Of a stretch of 64,000 nucleotides of DNA, positions 52,363 through 63,197 are shown in pieces (the stretch's first letter is position 1; the number at the start of each line of letters is the position of its first letter). A model generated the notes under the pieces. The model was not told the origin of the DNA. It made no database searches and saw only the letters and a program-made list of their open reading frames with translations. The position numbers and the translations under genes are program-made. Source of the stretch: Polyangiales bacterium (GTDB lineage Bacteria; Myxococcota_A; Polyangia; Polyangiales; JADJQN01); the NCBI GenBank assembly GCA_964202905.1, contig CAXNJO010000004.1, positions 32,001 to 96,000 on the forward strand. Reading direction: 5' to 3'.

Positions 52363-53805
52363 TCAGCGACGCGGAGGACCGTTCGCGGGGAGCGCGGCGG
52401 GGAAGGCCGTCTTGCCGAGGCGCGCGCGGAGCTGCGCGGCGATGGCGGGGTTGACCTGCACCGGGCCCGTCGGCGCAGCGGCCTGCGCGGCGGGCTGCGC
52501 GGGTGCGGCTTCGGGGGGCGGCGCGGTAGCCGCCGTCGGCGCGCTCGGATCGACGAAGACGACGCGGCCGAAGCGGTCGAGCGCGTGGAAGTCGCCGACG
52601 CGCGGCGCCGACCAGCCCGCGGCGCGCTGCCCGCTCTCGCGCGCGTCGAGGACGAAGAGGTTCATCGCCCAGACGTCGCCCGATGCGGGCTTCGCGGCCG
52701 GCGGGTTGCCCGCGGCGAAGGCCGCCCAGGGCACCGCCATCTCGACGGTGTATCCCGTGTCGTCTTCGTCATCGTTGAGCGTGCCGCGGCGCTCGACCTG
52801 CGCGCGCACCTGCGAGCTCCACGCGACGTCGCCGAAGGGCTGCGGCTGTCGGCGCGTGTCGTAGCGCGTCTCGAAACTCTGCCCGCTCGGCGCGACCTGG
52901 ATCTCGAAGTAATTCCGGCGGTCGCCGCCCGGATCGAACATCACCTCGACGCAGTCCTGCTCCCAGAGGTGCTCGTCGTGGCGCGTGTGCGTCGCCTTGA
53001 GGAAGTCGTCCTCGACCTCCCAGCCGAGGTAGACGTTGGTGTCGTCCCACGTCATGCGCGCCGTGGACGCGAACTCGACGGGCGCGCCGGTCATGGTGTC
53101 GACGAGGCGTGCGGTGCGCGTCGCCGTCTGCCACGCGGCGTCGTCGAGCTTGCCGTCGATGCGGATCGGGCTGCTCGCCTTCGTCACGCGCAGCGTGGGC
53201 ACGGGCGGCGCGGCCGGCGCGGCCGGGGCGGCGCTGGGCTCGGCGGCGGCGCGCGAGGCGGGCGTGACGTCGATCTGCAAGGCGCGCGCGCGGTTGTCGC
53301 CGTCGCTCGCGCCGCTCGTGATGTGCAGACGGTTCGGGCCGTTCCACATGCCGAGGTAGATGGTCATCGAGGGCGAGGCCCAGTCGGCGGGGAGCGTCAT
53401 CGGCTGCACGTCGCGGATCGTCTCGCCGCGCTTCCACTGGCCGGGCGGGTAGTGCTCGCGCACGAAGCCGACGCCGTCCTGGTTGAGCACGTTCTGGTCG
53501 GCGGCGTTCGCGACGTGCGTGAAGATCCGCCAGCCGTCCTCGAGCGGGCGAACGACCTTCCAGTGCCAGGTCACGGTGAAGGGCTGCCCCGCCTTGACCT
53601 CCGCGGGCTCGAGGTCGTAGCCGACGAGCTTGATCTTCCCCTCGAAGTCGATGTCGAGCGGGTGCGCGGGGCGCGTCGCGGTGGTCGAGACGAGCTGCGA
53701 GAGCTGATCGCGCTCCGCGGCGCTGAGGGAGTTGGACTTCTCCACGCAGCCACCGAGCGCGAGGGCGCAGCAGAGTGACACGGCGCAGTACGTGTGCTTC
53801 TTCAT
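52363..53805 (-). CDS. Lipoprotein with a CBM9-like carbohydrate-binding domain
   Basis: Lipobox LGGC; Ig-like domain; IDGKLDDAAW...WDDTNVY...LWEQDCVEV...YTVEMAVPW. Confidence 0.82.
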   Translation of the reverse strand: MKKHTYCAVSLCCALALGGCVEKSNSLSAAERDQLSQLVSTTATRPAHPLDIDFEGKIKLVGYDLEPAEVKAGQPFTVTWHWKVVRPLEDGWRIFTHVANAADQNVLNQDGVGFVREHYPPGQWKRGETIRDVQPMTLPADWASPSMTIYLGMWNGPNRLHITSGASDGDNRARALQIDVTPASRAAAEPSAAPAAPAAPPVPTLRVTKASSPIRIDGKLDDAAWQTATRTARLVDTMTGAPVEFASTARMTWDDTNVYLGWEVEDDFLKATHTRHDEHLWEQDCVEVMFDPGGDRRNYFEIQVAPSGQSFETRYDTRRQPQPFGDVAWSSQVRAQVERRGTLNDDEDDTGYTVEMAVPWAAFAAGNPPAAKPASGDVWAMNLFVLDARESGQRAAGWSAPRVGDFHALDRFGRVVFVDPSAPTAATAPPPEAAPAQPAAQAAAPTGPVQVNPAIAAQLRARLGKTAFPAALPANGPPRR

Positions 53806-53843
53806 GTTTTCCTCGGAAAGAAAGTTGTTTCGGGCCGCGGTGC

Positions 53844-55556
53844 CTACTTGCGGGACTTCTTGCGCGCCTTCTTCTGGAGCTTGCGCGCGGCCTTCTTCTT
53901 GGCGTTGTCGCCCGCGGACTTCGGAGGGGGCACGGAGCCCCGCCCCGCCATGCCGGGCATCCCGCCCATGCCGGGCATCCCGCCCATGCCGGGCATCCCG
54001 CCCATGCCGGGCATCCCGCCCATGCTCTGGAGCTGCTGCATCAGGCCAGGCGGAAGCGACGGCATCCCCTTGCCGCCCTTGCCCTCGCCCGCGACGACCG
54101 CCTCGAGCAGCTGGTCGGCGAGGTTCGACATCATCGGGTTGCCCTCGAGGCCGCCCGTCCGCACCGCGTTGCGGAGCTGCCGCCCCATCGCGAGCTGTTT
54201 CATGCCCGGGATCTTCTGGAGGAAGCCCGCCTGCTGGCCGATGTCGCCCATCATCTGCCGCATGAACGTGAACTTCTGCAGGAGTTCGACGACCTCTTCC
54301 GGTTTGCGACCGGAGCCGTTCGCGACGCGCCGGATGCGCGTGGGCTGCTTCTGGAAGAGCTCGGGCTGACGGCGCTCCTCGCGCGTCATCGAGGAGACCA
54401 TCGCCTCGACCTTCTTGAGCTCGCCGTCGTCGAGGTTGACGCCCTCGGGCATCGCCTCGCCGAAGAAGGGCAGCTTCTCGAAGACGTCCTTGAGCGGGCC
54501 CATCTTCTGGATGGTCTTGATCTGCGCGAGGAAGTCCTCGAGCGAGAAGCGGCCCTCGAGCATCCGCTGCGCGTCGACCTCGGCCTTCTCGGCGTCGACG
54601 ACCTGCTCGAAGTCCTTCATCAGGCCGACGACGTCGCCGAAGCCGAGGATGCGCGAGGCCATGCCCTCGGCGCGGAACGCCTCGAGCTTGTCCATGCCCT
54701 CGCCCATGCCGGCGAACTTGATCGGCGCGCCGGTGACCTCCTTGATCGAGAGGGCCGCGCCGCCGCGCGCGTCGCCGTCGAGCTTCGTGAGCGCGACGCC
54801 CGTGAGGCCGAGCCGGTCGTGGAAGGCCTTCGCCGTCTTGACCGAGTCCTGACCGATCATGGCGTCGACGACGAGGAAGACGTTCTGCGGGCGTGTGCTC
54901 GCCTTGATGTCGGCGAGCTCCTGCATGAGCGCTTCGTCGACGGCGAGGCGGCCCGCGGTGTCGAAGATCACCGTGTCGCGCTTGAGCTTGCGCGCGTGCT
55001 CGAGGCCCTTGATGCAGATGTCGAGCGGGTTCCCGCCGGGGATCGCGAAGACGGGGATCTCGAGGCGCTCGCCGAGCACCTGGAGCTGCTCGATCGCGCC
55101 GGGGCGCTGCACATCGGCGGCGACGAGCAGCACCTTCCGCTTCTTGTCGCGCTCGAGCCAGCGCGCGAGCTTCGCGCTGGTGGTCGTCTTACCGCTGCCT
55201 TGGAGGCCAACCATCATGATGGATGTCAAAGCCGGACGCGGCTCGAACTCCACCGCGTGCCCCTCGAACGCCATCATCTGCTGGAGCTCGTCCTGGCAGA
55301 TCTTGATGAAGATCTCGCCGGGGCCGATGCGGACGCGCTGGCCCTTCACCTCGGCGGACGACTTCATCGTCTCGCCGATCGCTTTCTCCTTGACGGTGGC
55401 GAGGAAGCGCTTGACGACGCTGAGCTCGACGTCGGCCTCGAGGAGCGAGAGGCGCACGTCGCGGAGCGCGGGCTCGATGTTGTCGGCGTCGAGCTCCGTG
55501 ACGCCCTGGAAGCGGTTGCGGGCGGCTCGGAAGCCCTTGGTCAGCGTCTCGAACAC
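53844..55556 (-). CDS. ffh: Signal recognition particle protein Ffh
   Basis: GLQGSGKTT, DTAGR, TKLDGDARGGAALS; M domain MGPL...SMT..ER...RVANGSG. Confidence 0.97.
   Translation of the reverse strand: MFETLTKGFRAARNRFQGVTELDADNIEPALRDVRLSLLEADVELSVVKRFLATVKEKAIGETMKSSAEVKGQRVRIGPGEIFIKICQDELQQMMAFEGHAVEFEPRPALTSIMMVGLQGSGKTTTSAKLARWLERDKKRKVLLVAADVQRPGAIEQLQVLGERLEIPVFAIPGGNPLDICIKGLEHARKLKRDTVIFDTAGRLAVDEALMQELADIKASTRPQNVFLVVDAMIGQDSVKTAKAFHDRLGLTGVALTKLDGDARGGAALSIKEVTGAPIKFAGMGEGMDKLEAFRAEGMASRILGFGDVVGLMKDFEQVVDAEKAEVDAQRMLEGRFSLEDFLAQIKTIQKMGPLKDVFEKLPFFGEAMPEGVNLDDGELKKVEAMVSSMTREERRQPELFQKQPTRIRRVANGSGRKPEEVVELLQKFTFMRQMMGDIGQQAGFLQKIPGMKQLAMGRQLRNAVRTGGLEGNPMMSNLADQLLEAVVAGEGKGGKGMPSLPPGLMQQLQSMGGMPGMGGMPGMGGMPGMGGMPGMAGRGSVPPPKSAGDNAKKKAARKLQKKARKKSRK
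53949..54024 (-). repeat. Perfect 18-bp tandem repeat x4 encoding GGMPGM
   Basis: CATGCCGGGCATCCCGCC x4 on the plus strand. Confidence 0.95.
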
Positions 55557-55638
55557 TTGGCTACGTCTCCGGAGTTTCGGTGGGCCCGACGTCGCTGCGC
55601 GGCCGGGCTCGCCGGGACGCGCAGGCGCGGTGCGGGGT

Positions 55639-56358
55639 TCAGGGGCAGGTCAATGCGGGGACATCGCCCGCGCCGCTGTACGACGCGGCGCCGCCTCCGT
55701 CGGTGTTGGGGAGGCGCGACAGCTTCGTGCCCGTGATGGCGCCGGCGCAGGCGCCCGACCAGTCGCCGTCCGTCTCCGCGACGCTCTTGCGGCTCGGCGT
55801 GTGCCCCGTGCCCCAGCACACGAAGTCGATCTGCGCGGTTGCGCTGCCGAACGAGCCCGAGGTGTAGAGTGCGATCTCCCCGCCGGCGTTGGTGTCCGAG
55901 AAGCTGCCGGGCCAGGGGATCGAGAGCGAGCCGCGCGCCGGGACCGTGCCCGTGATCGACACGTAGGCGGGCATCGCGCAGAGCTGATAACCCGCGAGGC
56001 TGATGTCGGCCCCCGTGGGATTGAAGAGCGTGATCGTCGCGCCGGGGTCGATCTCCGCGATGAAGACCGTCGAGCCCGTGCAATGCAGCGCAGCGGCCGG
56101 GCCCGCGTCGACGTCACCGCCCGCGTCCACATCCGCGCCTGCGTCGACGTCGCTGCCCGCGTCCACGTCAGCCCCGGCGTCGACGTCACCGCCTGCATCC
56201 ACGTCGCTTCCGGCGTCCGTGTCGCCACCGAGGTCGGTGCCGCCGAGGTCGGCGGGGGGCGTGCCGGAGTCGACGGGCGCGTCGTCGTCGTCGCCGCAGG
56301 CGGCGAGGGAGGCAGCGAGGAGGATCAGCGAGGCGAGGGTGCGAGAGGTGAGAAGCAT
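55639..56358 (-). CDS. Lipoprotein with a DVDAG repeat linker and a lamin-tail-like domain
   Basis: Lipobox LAAC; (DVDAGx)n; IAEI...LFNPTGADISLAGYQL. Confidence 0.72.
   Translation of the reverse strand: MLLTSRTLASLILLAASLAACGDDDDAPVDSGTPPADLGGTDLGGDTDAGSDVDAGGDVDAGADVDAGSDVDAGADVDAGGDVDAGPAAALHCTGSTVFIAEIDPGATITLFNPTGADISLAGYQLCAMPAYVSITGTVPARGSLSIPWPGSFSDTNAGGEIALYTSGSFGSATAQIDFVCWGTGHTPSRKSVAETDGDWSGACAGAITGTKLSRLPNTDGGGAASYSGAGDVPALTCP
56101..56218 (-). repeat. Imperfect 18-bp tandem repeat (~6.5 units) encoding DVDAG[GAS]
   Basis: Seen in both DNA and translation. Confidence 0.85.
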
Positions 56359-56398
56359 GAGGGCCGAAGGTAGCAGAACGGGCGCGCGCGCAACGCGG

Positions 56399-58606
56399 TC
56401 AGCGGGGGACCGCCACAGGGTCGAGGCTCGTGACCCCTTCGCCCGTGCCGAGCTGCCCGGCCGCGTCGTCACCCCAGCAGAAGGTTTGACCTCCAACGAC
56501 CGCGCAGCCGTGCGTGAAGCCGACGGCGACCGACGTCGCCGCGCCGGGCACGTCGACGGGCACGGGCAGGGGGCCGCGCGCCATCGGGCCCGAGAGCTGC
56601 CCCGCGTCGTTCTTGCCGAGGCAATGCACGGCGCCGTCCATCGTCACGACGCAGGCGTGATCGAAGCCGCCGCCGCTCGTCCGGGCGACGTCGAGCGCGC
56701 CGAGCACCGCGCCCTCGTCGGGCAGGCGCTCACGCGTGCCGCCCGGTCGCAGGCCGAAGCAGCGCAGGCCCTCGTCCCGCGCGAAGCAAGACCAGTCGGC
56801 AGTGAGCACGAGCGCGCGCACGCCTTCCAGCGGGGCCTGCGGCAGCGTGGCCGTGTCGCCCGCGCAGGTGGCCACGCGGCGCGTGTCGACGACGCACGTC
56901 GAGGCGGCGCCCGCCATCAGCGACGTGATCTCGACGTCGGCGAAGACGCGCGTCGGCGCCTCCAGCGAACGCGGACCATCTTCTGTGATGGTGCCGGTCC
57001 CGTTGAAGCCCCAGCAGGATGCGCCGCCGTCGACGTCGAGCGCGCAGGTGTGTGCGTAGCCGAGGCTCACGTGTCGCACGGGTGGCAGGCCCTCGACGCG
57101 GCGGCGGGGTCGCGACGTTCGCGAGCGTTCCGTCGCCGAGCTGCCCGTGGTGGTTTTGGCCCCAGCACCAGAGCACGCCCGCGCGCGTGACGGCGCACGT
57201 CGTGTCGCCGCCCGCCGCGAGCGCGACGACGTCCGACGATGCCGGCGACGCGCTGCGGCGTCGGCGCGGAGCGCGAACGTGCCCGCGCCGAGCTGCCCGC
57301 GCGTGCCGTCGCCCCAGCAGCGCACCGTGCCGTCCGTCGCGAGGTCGCAGGTGTGGCTCGTGCCGCACGCGACCGTGCGCGTGTCGGCAGCGGGCGGGGA
57401 GGGCGCGTTCCCGTCCGGGGCGCAGCCCGTCGCGAGCAAGCCGCAGAGCGAGAGCGCGACGGCGACGACCGCGACGAGCCGTGAGGCGCCGAGCGGCGGC
57501 GGCGCGGGGCGCGGCCAGTCGGGCGTGACGCCGGCTTCGACGAGGCGGTCGTAGAGGTGCGGGTGGGCGCGGGCGCGGCCGGGCATCACGGCGGGCGCGG
57601 CGTTCGCCTCGTAGAGCTGCGCGAGGGCGCGCGCATAGGCGCCGGGATCGACCTCGGCGCCGTGGCCCGCGCGATCGGCCCGCTCTTCCATGCGCCGCGC
57701 GACGGCGCGTGACACGCGCAGCGCGGCGATCATCGCGAGAAAGAGCGCGAGCGCCGTGAGCGGGTGGCCGCCCGCGAGGAGCGGCCGCAGCAGCGTGAGC
57801 GGCGTCAGCGCGAGTGGCGCGAGGGTGCGGATCAGCGCGACCGGGCGAGGCTCCGAGAGGTGCGCGAGCTCGTGCGCGAGCACCGTCGCGAGGGCTTCGT
57901 CGTCGAGCGCGTCGAGCGCGCGCTGCGTCACGCCGACCGCCTGCGCGACCGGCCACGCGAAGGCGTTGGCAGCGTTCAGCGCGAGCGTGTGAACCCGCGG
58001 CGCGGGCCGGCCCGTGCGCGCCGCCGCCTGCGCGACGAGCCCGGCGAGCCGCGGACCGGGCGGCGCCGCCAGACCGAGGGCGCCCGCAAGCCGGAGCGTC
58101 AGGCCGAGCACCGCGGCGATGGCCCCCGCTGCACCGAGCGCGAGCCCGACGGCGCTCCACATGCCGAGCGCGCGCGGCGTGACGAGCGCGATCGCGAGCA
58201 CCAGCAGCAGGTGCGGCCACAGCACGATCAGCTGGCACGCGCGGCCGCGCAGCCACGCGCCGAGCCGCGGCGGATCGGGGAGCCACGCACGCTCGACGGC
58301 GAACGCGGCAGGCAGGCCCGCGAGCCCGCACGCGGAGGCTGCCGCAAGCGCGTGGAGCCCGCTCTCGCGGCGCGCGGCGAGCACCGTCGCGAACGTCGTG
58401 GCGGCCAGGAGCGACGCGGTGCCCACGGCCTGCCGCGCCGCCGCCGCATACCGCGCGCGCTCGACCCAATGCGCGTCACGTCGCGCGCGGCGCGGGCCGA
58501 GCGTGAGCCACGCCGCCAGGGCCGTGGACAGCGCCGTCGCGAGCGCGGCGAGGGCCGCGTCGACGAGGATCCCGAGCAGCCAGTCTCCCGCTCCGAGCGC
58601 TGGCAC
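56399..58606 (-). CDS. M48 (HtpX-like) zinc protease fused to RCC1-like repeats; three compensating +1 indels at ~57100-57265
   Basis: ANAFA, LAHELAH, EERADR, HP..YDR; then G.SHTC...CWG...GQLG repeats, one of which lies in alternative frames. Confidence 0.75.
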   Translation of the reverse strand: MPALGAGDWLLGILVDAALAALATALSTALAAWLTLGPRRARRDAHWVERARYAAAARQAVGTASLLAATTFATVLAARRESGLHALAAASACGLAGLPAAFAVERAWLPDPPRLGAWLRGRACQLIVLWPHLLLVLAIALVTPRALGMWSAVGLALGAAGAIAAVLGLTLRLAGALGLAAPPGPRLAGLVAQAAARTGRPAPRVHTLALNAANAFAWPVAQAVGVTQRALDALDDEALATVLAHELAHLSEPRPVALIRTLAPLALTPLTLLRPLLAGGHPLTALALFLAMIAALRVSRAVARRMEERADRAGHGAEVDPGAYARALAQLYEANAAPAVMPGRARAHPHLYDRLVEAGVTPDWPRPAPPPLGASRLVAVVAVALSLCGLLATGCAPDGNAPSPPAADTRTVACGTSHTCDLATDGTVRCWGDGTRGQLGAGTFALRADAAARRRHRRTSSRSRRAATRRAPSRARACSGAGAKTTTGSSATERSRTSRPRRRVEGLPPVRHVSLGYAHTCALDVDGGASCWGFNGTGTITEDGPRSLEAPTRVFADVEITSLMAGAASTCVVDTRRVATCAGDTATLPQAPLEGVRALVLTADWSCFARDEGLRCFGLRPGGTRERLPDEGAVLGALDVARTSGGGFDHACVVTMDGAVHCLGKNDAGQLSGPMARGPLPVPVDVPGAATSVAVGFTHGCAVVGGQTFCWGDDAAGQLGTGEGVTSLDPVAVPR

Positions 58607-58901
58607 GCGCGGAGCCTAACACCCGTGGACATGGCGCGCGCCGGGGTCCGCGACGCCGCAACGACCCGCGTCGTCTGCCGACGATGCGGCCTCGCTCACA
58701 GCCAGCCGGCTGTCCGTCGGCGCACCGCCCTCCGAACGCGAACCGGGCGCGCGCCCGGCGCGGTGTCGCTCGACGCCCCGCGCACGTCGCCGTCTCCGCA
58801 GAGCGAACGGCCAAGCAGGGGTGCTCGCGGACTCTCCGGGGCCCCGTCGCGTGCGGCGACGCTGCTCGCGCCCGTCAGGGCGCCGTGTTAGTCCGGCCGG
58901 C

Positions 58902-61707
58902 ATGACAGCGCTTCCGCCGGCAGGCGACGATCGCACGCTCTACGTCGTCGATCTCAGCGGCTACGTCTTCCGCGCGTTTCACGCGATCCCGTCGCTCACG
59001 ACCTCGCGCGGCGAGCCGACGAACGCGATCTACGGCGTCGTCGCGATGCTGCTCAAGCTCGTGAAGCAGCAACAGCCGCGCTTGCTCGCCGTCGCGCTCG
59101 ACGGGCGCGGTCCGACGACGCGCCACGGCATGTACGCGGCGTACAAGGCGACGCGCCCGCCCGCGCCGCCCGAGCTCGTTGCGCAGATGGCGCGGCTCAA
59201 GGACGTCATCGACGCGTACGCGATCCCGCTCTACGCGCAGCAGGGCATCGAGGCCGACGACCTCATCGCGACGGTCGTGCGGCGCGCGCGCGCCGAGGGG
59301 CTGCGCGTGGTCGTCGTGAGCGCCGACAAGGACCTCCTGCAGCTCGTCGACGGGGAGGACGTGCTCGTGTGGGACACCATGCGCGACAAGGTCTTCGGTG
59401 AGCCCGAGACGGCCGAGAAGATGGGCGTGCCGCCGCGTCAGGTGCGCGATCTGCTCGCGCTGATGGGCGACACCTCGGACAACATCCCCGGCGTGCCCTC
59501 GGTCGGTCCGAAGACGGCCGCGCAGCTCCTGCACGAGCACGGCGACCTCGACGCGCTGTACGCGCATCTCGACCGCGTCGCGAAGAAGGGGCTCCGGGAG
59601 AAGCTCGAGGCGCACCGCGCGGACGCGATGCTCTCGCGCGACCTCGTGCGGCTCGTCGACGACCTCGCCATCGACTTCGATCCGGCGAAGCTCCACTACG
59701 GCGGCGCGGACGTCGCCAAGCTGCGTGCGCTCTTCACCGAGTTCGAGTTCACGCGGCTCGTCGCGCAGCTCCCGAACGGGGAGGGTGAGGCGACGCCCGC
59801 GACGGTGGGCGCTGCGTCGACGGAGGCGACGGGAGGCCCGAATCCCAGGGGAAATGAGGGCGCTCCACCGCGCACGGCCCCTGCGCACAAGCACGCGGAG
59901 GTCGCGGTGCGCGTGATTCGCGAGGCGGGCGAGTTGCCGGCGCTCGTCGCGGCGCTCGAGGCGGCCGAGGTCTGTCGCCGTGTTCCCCGCGCTCGACGCG
60001 GACGCCACCGCGCGCGCGAGCGCGCTCGTGGGCGTCGCGCTCGCGTACGCGCCGGGCGAGGCGGTGTATCTGCCCTTCGATCACCGCTACCTGGGCGCGC
60101 CCGCGCAGCTCGATCGGGCGGAGACCGTCGCGCTCCTGCGGCCGCTGCTCGAGCGCGCGTCGCTCGCGAAGCTCTCGGCGGATGCGAAGCGCGATGCGCT
60201 CGCGTGGCACGCGCAGGGCGTCGCCGTCGCAGGGATCACCTTCGACACGATGCTCGCGAGCTACCTCGTCGACCCGGAGCAGCACGGTCACACGCTGCCC
60301 GAGGTCGCGCAGGCCGAGCTTGGCGTCGCGCTCACGGCGTGGGACGTGCTCACCGAGAAGCAGCGCGGCTCGCAGCGCACGCTGCCGGAGGTCGCGCTCG
60401 AGAAGGTGGCCGACTGGGCGGGGCGCAGCGCGGCCGCGATTCGCGAGGCGACCGAGACGCTCGGAGCGAAGCTGCGCGTGCACGCGCTGATGCCCCTCTT
60501 CACCGGGCTCGAGCTGCCGCTCGCGGGCTGGCTCGCGGTGATCGAGCGCGAGGGCGTGCTGCTCGATCTCGCGACGCTGGCCGAGCTCTCGAAGCAGGCG
60601 GGCGAAGAACTCGCCGTGCTCGAGGCCCGCTGCCGCGAGCTCGCGGGCGGCAAGACGTGGAACCTCGCCTCGCCGCGCCAGCTCGAGACGGTGCTCTTCG
60701 ACGAGCTCGGCCTGCGCGTCGTCAAGCGCACCAAGACGGGGCGCTCGACGGATCACGACGTGCTCGAAGAGCTCGCCGCCGAGCACCCGCTCCCCGCGCT
60801 CGTGCTCGAGCACCGCGCGCTCGCGAAGCTGAAGGGCACGTACCTCGACGCCTTCCCGCGGCTCGTCGACGCGGGCGGCCGCATCCACACCCGCTACAAC
60901 CAGGCCGTCGCGGCGACGGGCCGGCTCTCGTCGAGCGAGCCGAACTTGCAGAACATCCCCGTGAAGACCGCCTTCGGGCGCCGCATCCGCGAGGCCTTCG
61001 TCGCGCCGCTGGGCGCGCTCATCCTCGCGGCCGACTACTCGCAGATCGAGCTGCGCGTGCTCGCGCACCTGAGCCGCGACGCCGAGCTGCTCGACGCCTT
61101 CCGCACGGGCGACGACGTGCACGTGCGGACGGCGAAGGCGCTCTTCGACGTCGAGGCGGCGGAGGTCACGCGCGAGCAGCGCGGCCGCGCGAAAACCGTG
61201 AACTTCGCGGTGATCTACGGGCAGACGGAGACGGCGCTCGCGCGGAACCTGAAGATCGAGCGCGCCGAGGCCGCGCGCTACATCGAGGCCTTCTTCACGC
61301 GCTACGCGGGCGTGCGGCGCTTCCTCGACGAGGTGGTGCGCGAGGCACGCGAGACGGGCGAGGTGCGCACGCTGCTCGGGCGGCGCCGCCTCGTGCCGGA
61401 CCTCGCCAGCTCGAACCGCACCGTGCGCTTCGCGGCCGAGCGCGTCGCGCGCAACACGCCCATCCAGGGCACGAGCGCCGACATCCTCAAGCGCGCGATG
61501 GTCACGATCTGCGAGCGCATGCGCGAGGCGCGCGTCGAGAGCCGGATGCTGCTCACCGTGCACGACGAACTCATCTTCGAGGTCCCGCGCGACGAGCAAG
61601 AGCCGATGACGAAGCTCGTGCGCACCGCGATGGAGGGCGCCATCGCCCTCGAGGTGCCGCTGCTGGTCGACGTCGGCTGCGGCCCGAACTGGGGCGCCGC
61701 GCACTGA
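58902..61707 (+). CDS. polA: DNA polymerase I, with an apparent +1 frameshift at ~59973
   Basis: 5'-3' exonuclease (FRAFHA, EADD, DKDLLQL, GDTSDNIPGV) and polymerase (TGRLSSSEPNLQNIP, DYSQIELR, VHDEL) lie in two frames. Deleting T59973 joins them into 934 aa. Confidence 0.95.
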
Positions 61708-61713
61708 TCGCGG

Positions 61714-63126
61714 TCAGCGGTTCATCCGAGACAATTCGTCGTAGAGGTGCACCGCCGCGCGCGTGCCCTTGCGCCAGTCGTCGAGGTTGAGCGACTCGTT
61801 CTCGCCGTGCGCGTTGCAGATGGGGTCCTCGACGCCCATGAGCAGCGCGGGGGCGCCGCCGAGGTGCCGCGCGAAGGGCTCGACGAAGGGGATGGAGCCG
61901 CCGCAGCCGATGTGCACGGCATCGCGCTCGTAGCCCTTCGCGAGGGCGGTGCGCGCGTGCGCGAACGCGGCGTGCGTGGGCTCGGTCACCCACCACTTCG
62001 CGGCGCTCTCGCGCGTCACGGTGACGGAGAGCCCCCACGGCACGCGCGTCTCGAAGTGCTTCACGAGCGCGTCCTGCACCGCGCGCGGGTCCTGGTCGGC
62101 CACGATGCGGACGCTGATGCGGCAGCGCGCGCTCTCGATCAGCTGGTTCGTCGAGCCCGCGACGGCGCGCGCCTCGAGCGCGATCACGGTGACGTTGGGC
62201 TGGTGCCAGATGCGGCCGAAGACGGGCATCTCCGGGTCGCCCGTGAGCGTCGCGCCCGGCACGATGCCGACCTCGTCGCGAAAGGTCGCCTCGTCGTACG
62301 GCAGGGCCGCGAGCGCGGCGCGCTCGGCGTCGGCGAGCGGGCGCACGCCCTCGCGGAGGAAAGGCGCGGGCCGGCCGTGTTCGTCCGTGAGCTCCGCGAT
62401 GGCGCGGCAGAGGGCCATCACCGCGTCGGGCGCGGGGCCGCCGTGCATGCCGCTGTGGATGGGGTGATCGAGGCCGCGCGCTTCGACCTGCACGCCCACG
62501 AGCCCGCGCAGCGAGACGGTCAGCGAGGGCAGCCCGGCCTCGTGGTTCGCCGTGTCGGTGAGGACGATGACGTCGCCCTGCAGCTTCTCGGCGTACTGCG
62601 CGAGGAAGGCGTCGAGGCTCTGCGAGCCCGCCTCCTCTTCGCCCTCGACGATGAGCTTCACGTTGACCGGGAGGCGGCCCGCGCTCTTCAGATACGAGGC
62701 GACGGCCGCGACGTGCACCATCACGCCGGCCTTGTCGTCGACGGCGCCGCGCCCGTAGAGACGACCATCTTCGCGGATGGTGGGCTCGAAGGCCGGCGTC
62801 ACCCACTTCTCCGGGCGGCCGGGCGGCATCACGTCGTGGTGCCCGTAGAGCAGCACCGTCGGCGCGCCCTCGGCGTGGAGCCAGTCGGCGTAGACGTACG
62901 GGTGCCCGCCGGGGAAGTCGATCACCTCGCAGTGCTGGAAGCCCGCGGCCTCGACGAGGTCGCGCAGGGCCTCGGCGCTCCGGCGGACGGGCTCGCTCGG
63001 CGGCGGCTCCGCGCTCACGCCCGGGATGCGGATGAGCGCCTTGAGCTGCTCGAGGTAGACGTCCCAGTGGGACTCGAGGTGGGCGAGGGCGGCGGTGACG
63101 GCGTCGGTCGGGCGCGGGTCGGACAT
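61714..63126 (-). CDS. M20 family metallopeptidase (dipeptidase-like)
   Basis: YGHHDV, YGRGAVDDK, EGEEEAGS, HSG, GGSIP, HGENE. Confidence 0.93.
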   Translation of the reverse strand: MSDPRPTDAVTAALAHLESHWDVYLEQLKALIRIPGVSAEPPPSEPVRRSAEALRDLVEAAGFQHCEVIDFPGGHPYVYADWLHAEGAPTVLLYGHHDVMPPGRPEKWVTPAFEPTIREDGRLYGRGAVDDKAGVMVHVAAVASYLKSAGRLPVNVKLIVEGEEEAGSQSLDAFLAQYAEKLQGDVIVLTDTANHEAGLPSLTVSLRGLVGVQVEARGLDHPIHSGMHGGPAPDAVMALCRAIAELTDEHGRPAPFLREGVRPLADAERAALAALPYDEATFRDEVGIVPGATLTGDPEMPVFGRIWHQPNVTVIALEARAVAGSTNQLIESARCRISVRIVADQDPRAVQDALVKHFETRVPWGLSVTVTRESAAKWWVTEPTHAAFAHARTALAKGYERDAVHIGCGGSIPFVEPFARHLGGAPALLMGVEDPICNAHGENESLNLDDWRKGTRAAVHLYDELSRMNR

Positions 63127-63197
63127 CGCGGCGACGTATAGCAAACACGCGCCCGGGGCACGGCCGGTTTTCCGCGCGCGGGCGCGAGGCGGTGCTG

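Noticed and set aside
55557..55638. SRP RNA (ffs) next to ffh
   Set aside because: No SRP helix-8 motif was recognised, and the gap is short.
59960..59990. Programmed frameshift or naturally split polA
   Set aside because: No slippery sequence or RBS for the second half; it fits the window-wide single-insertion error pattern.
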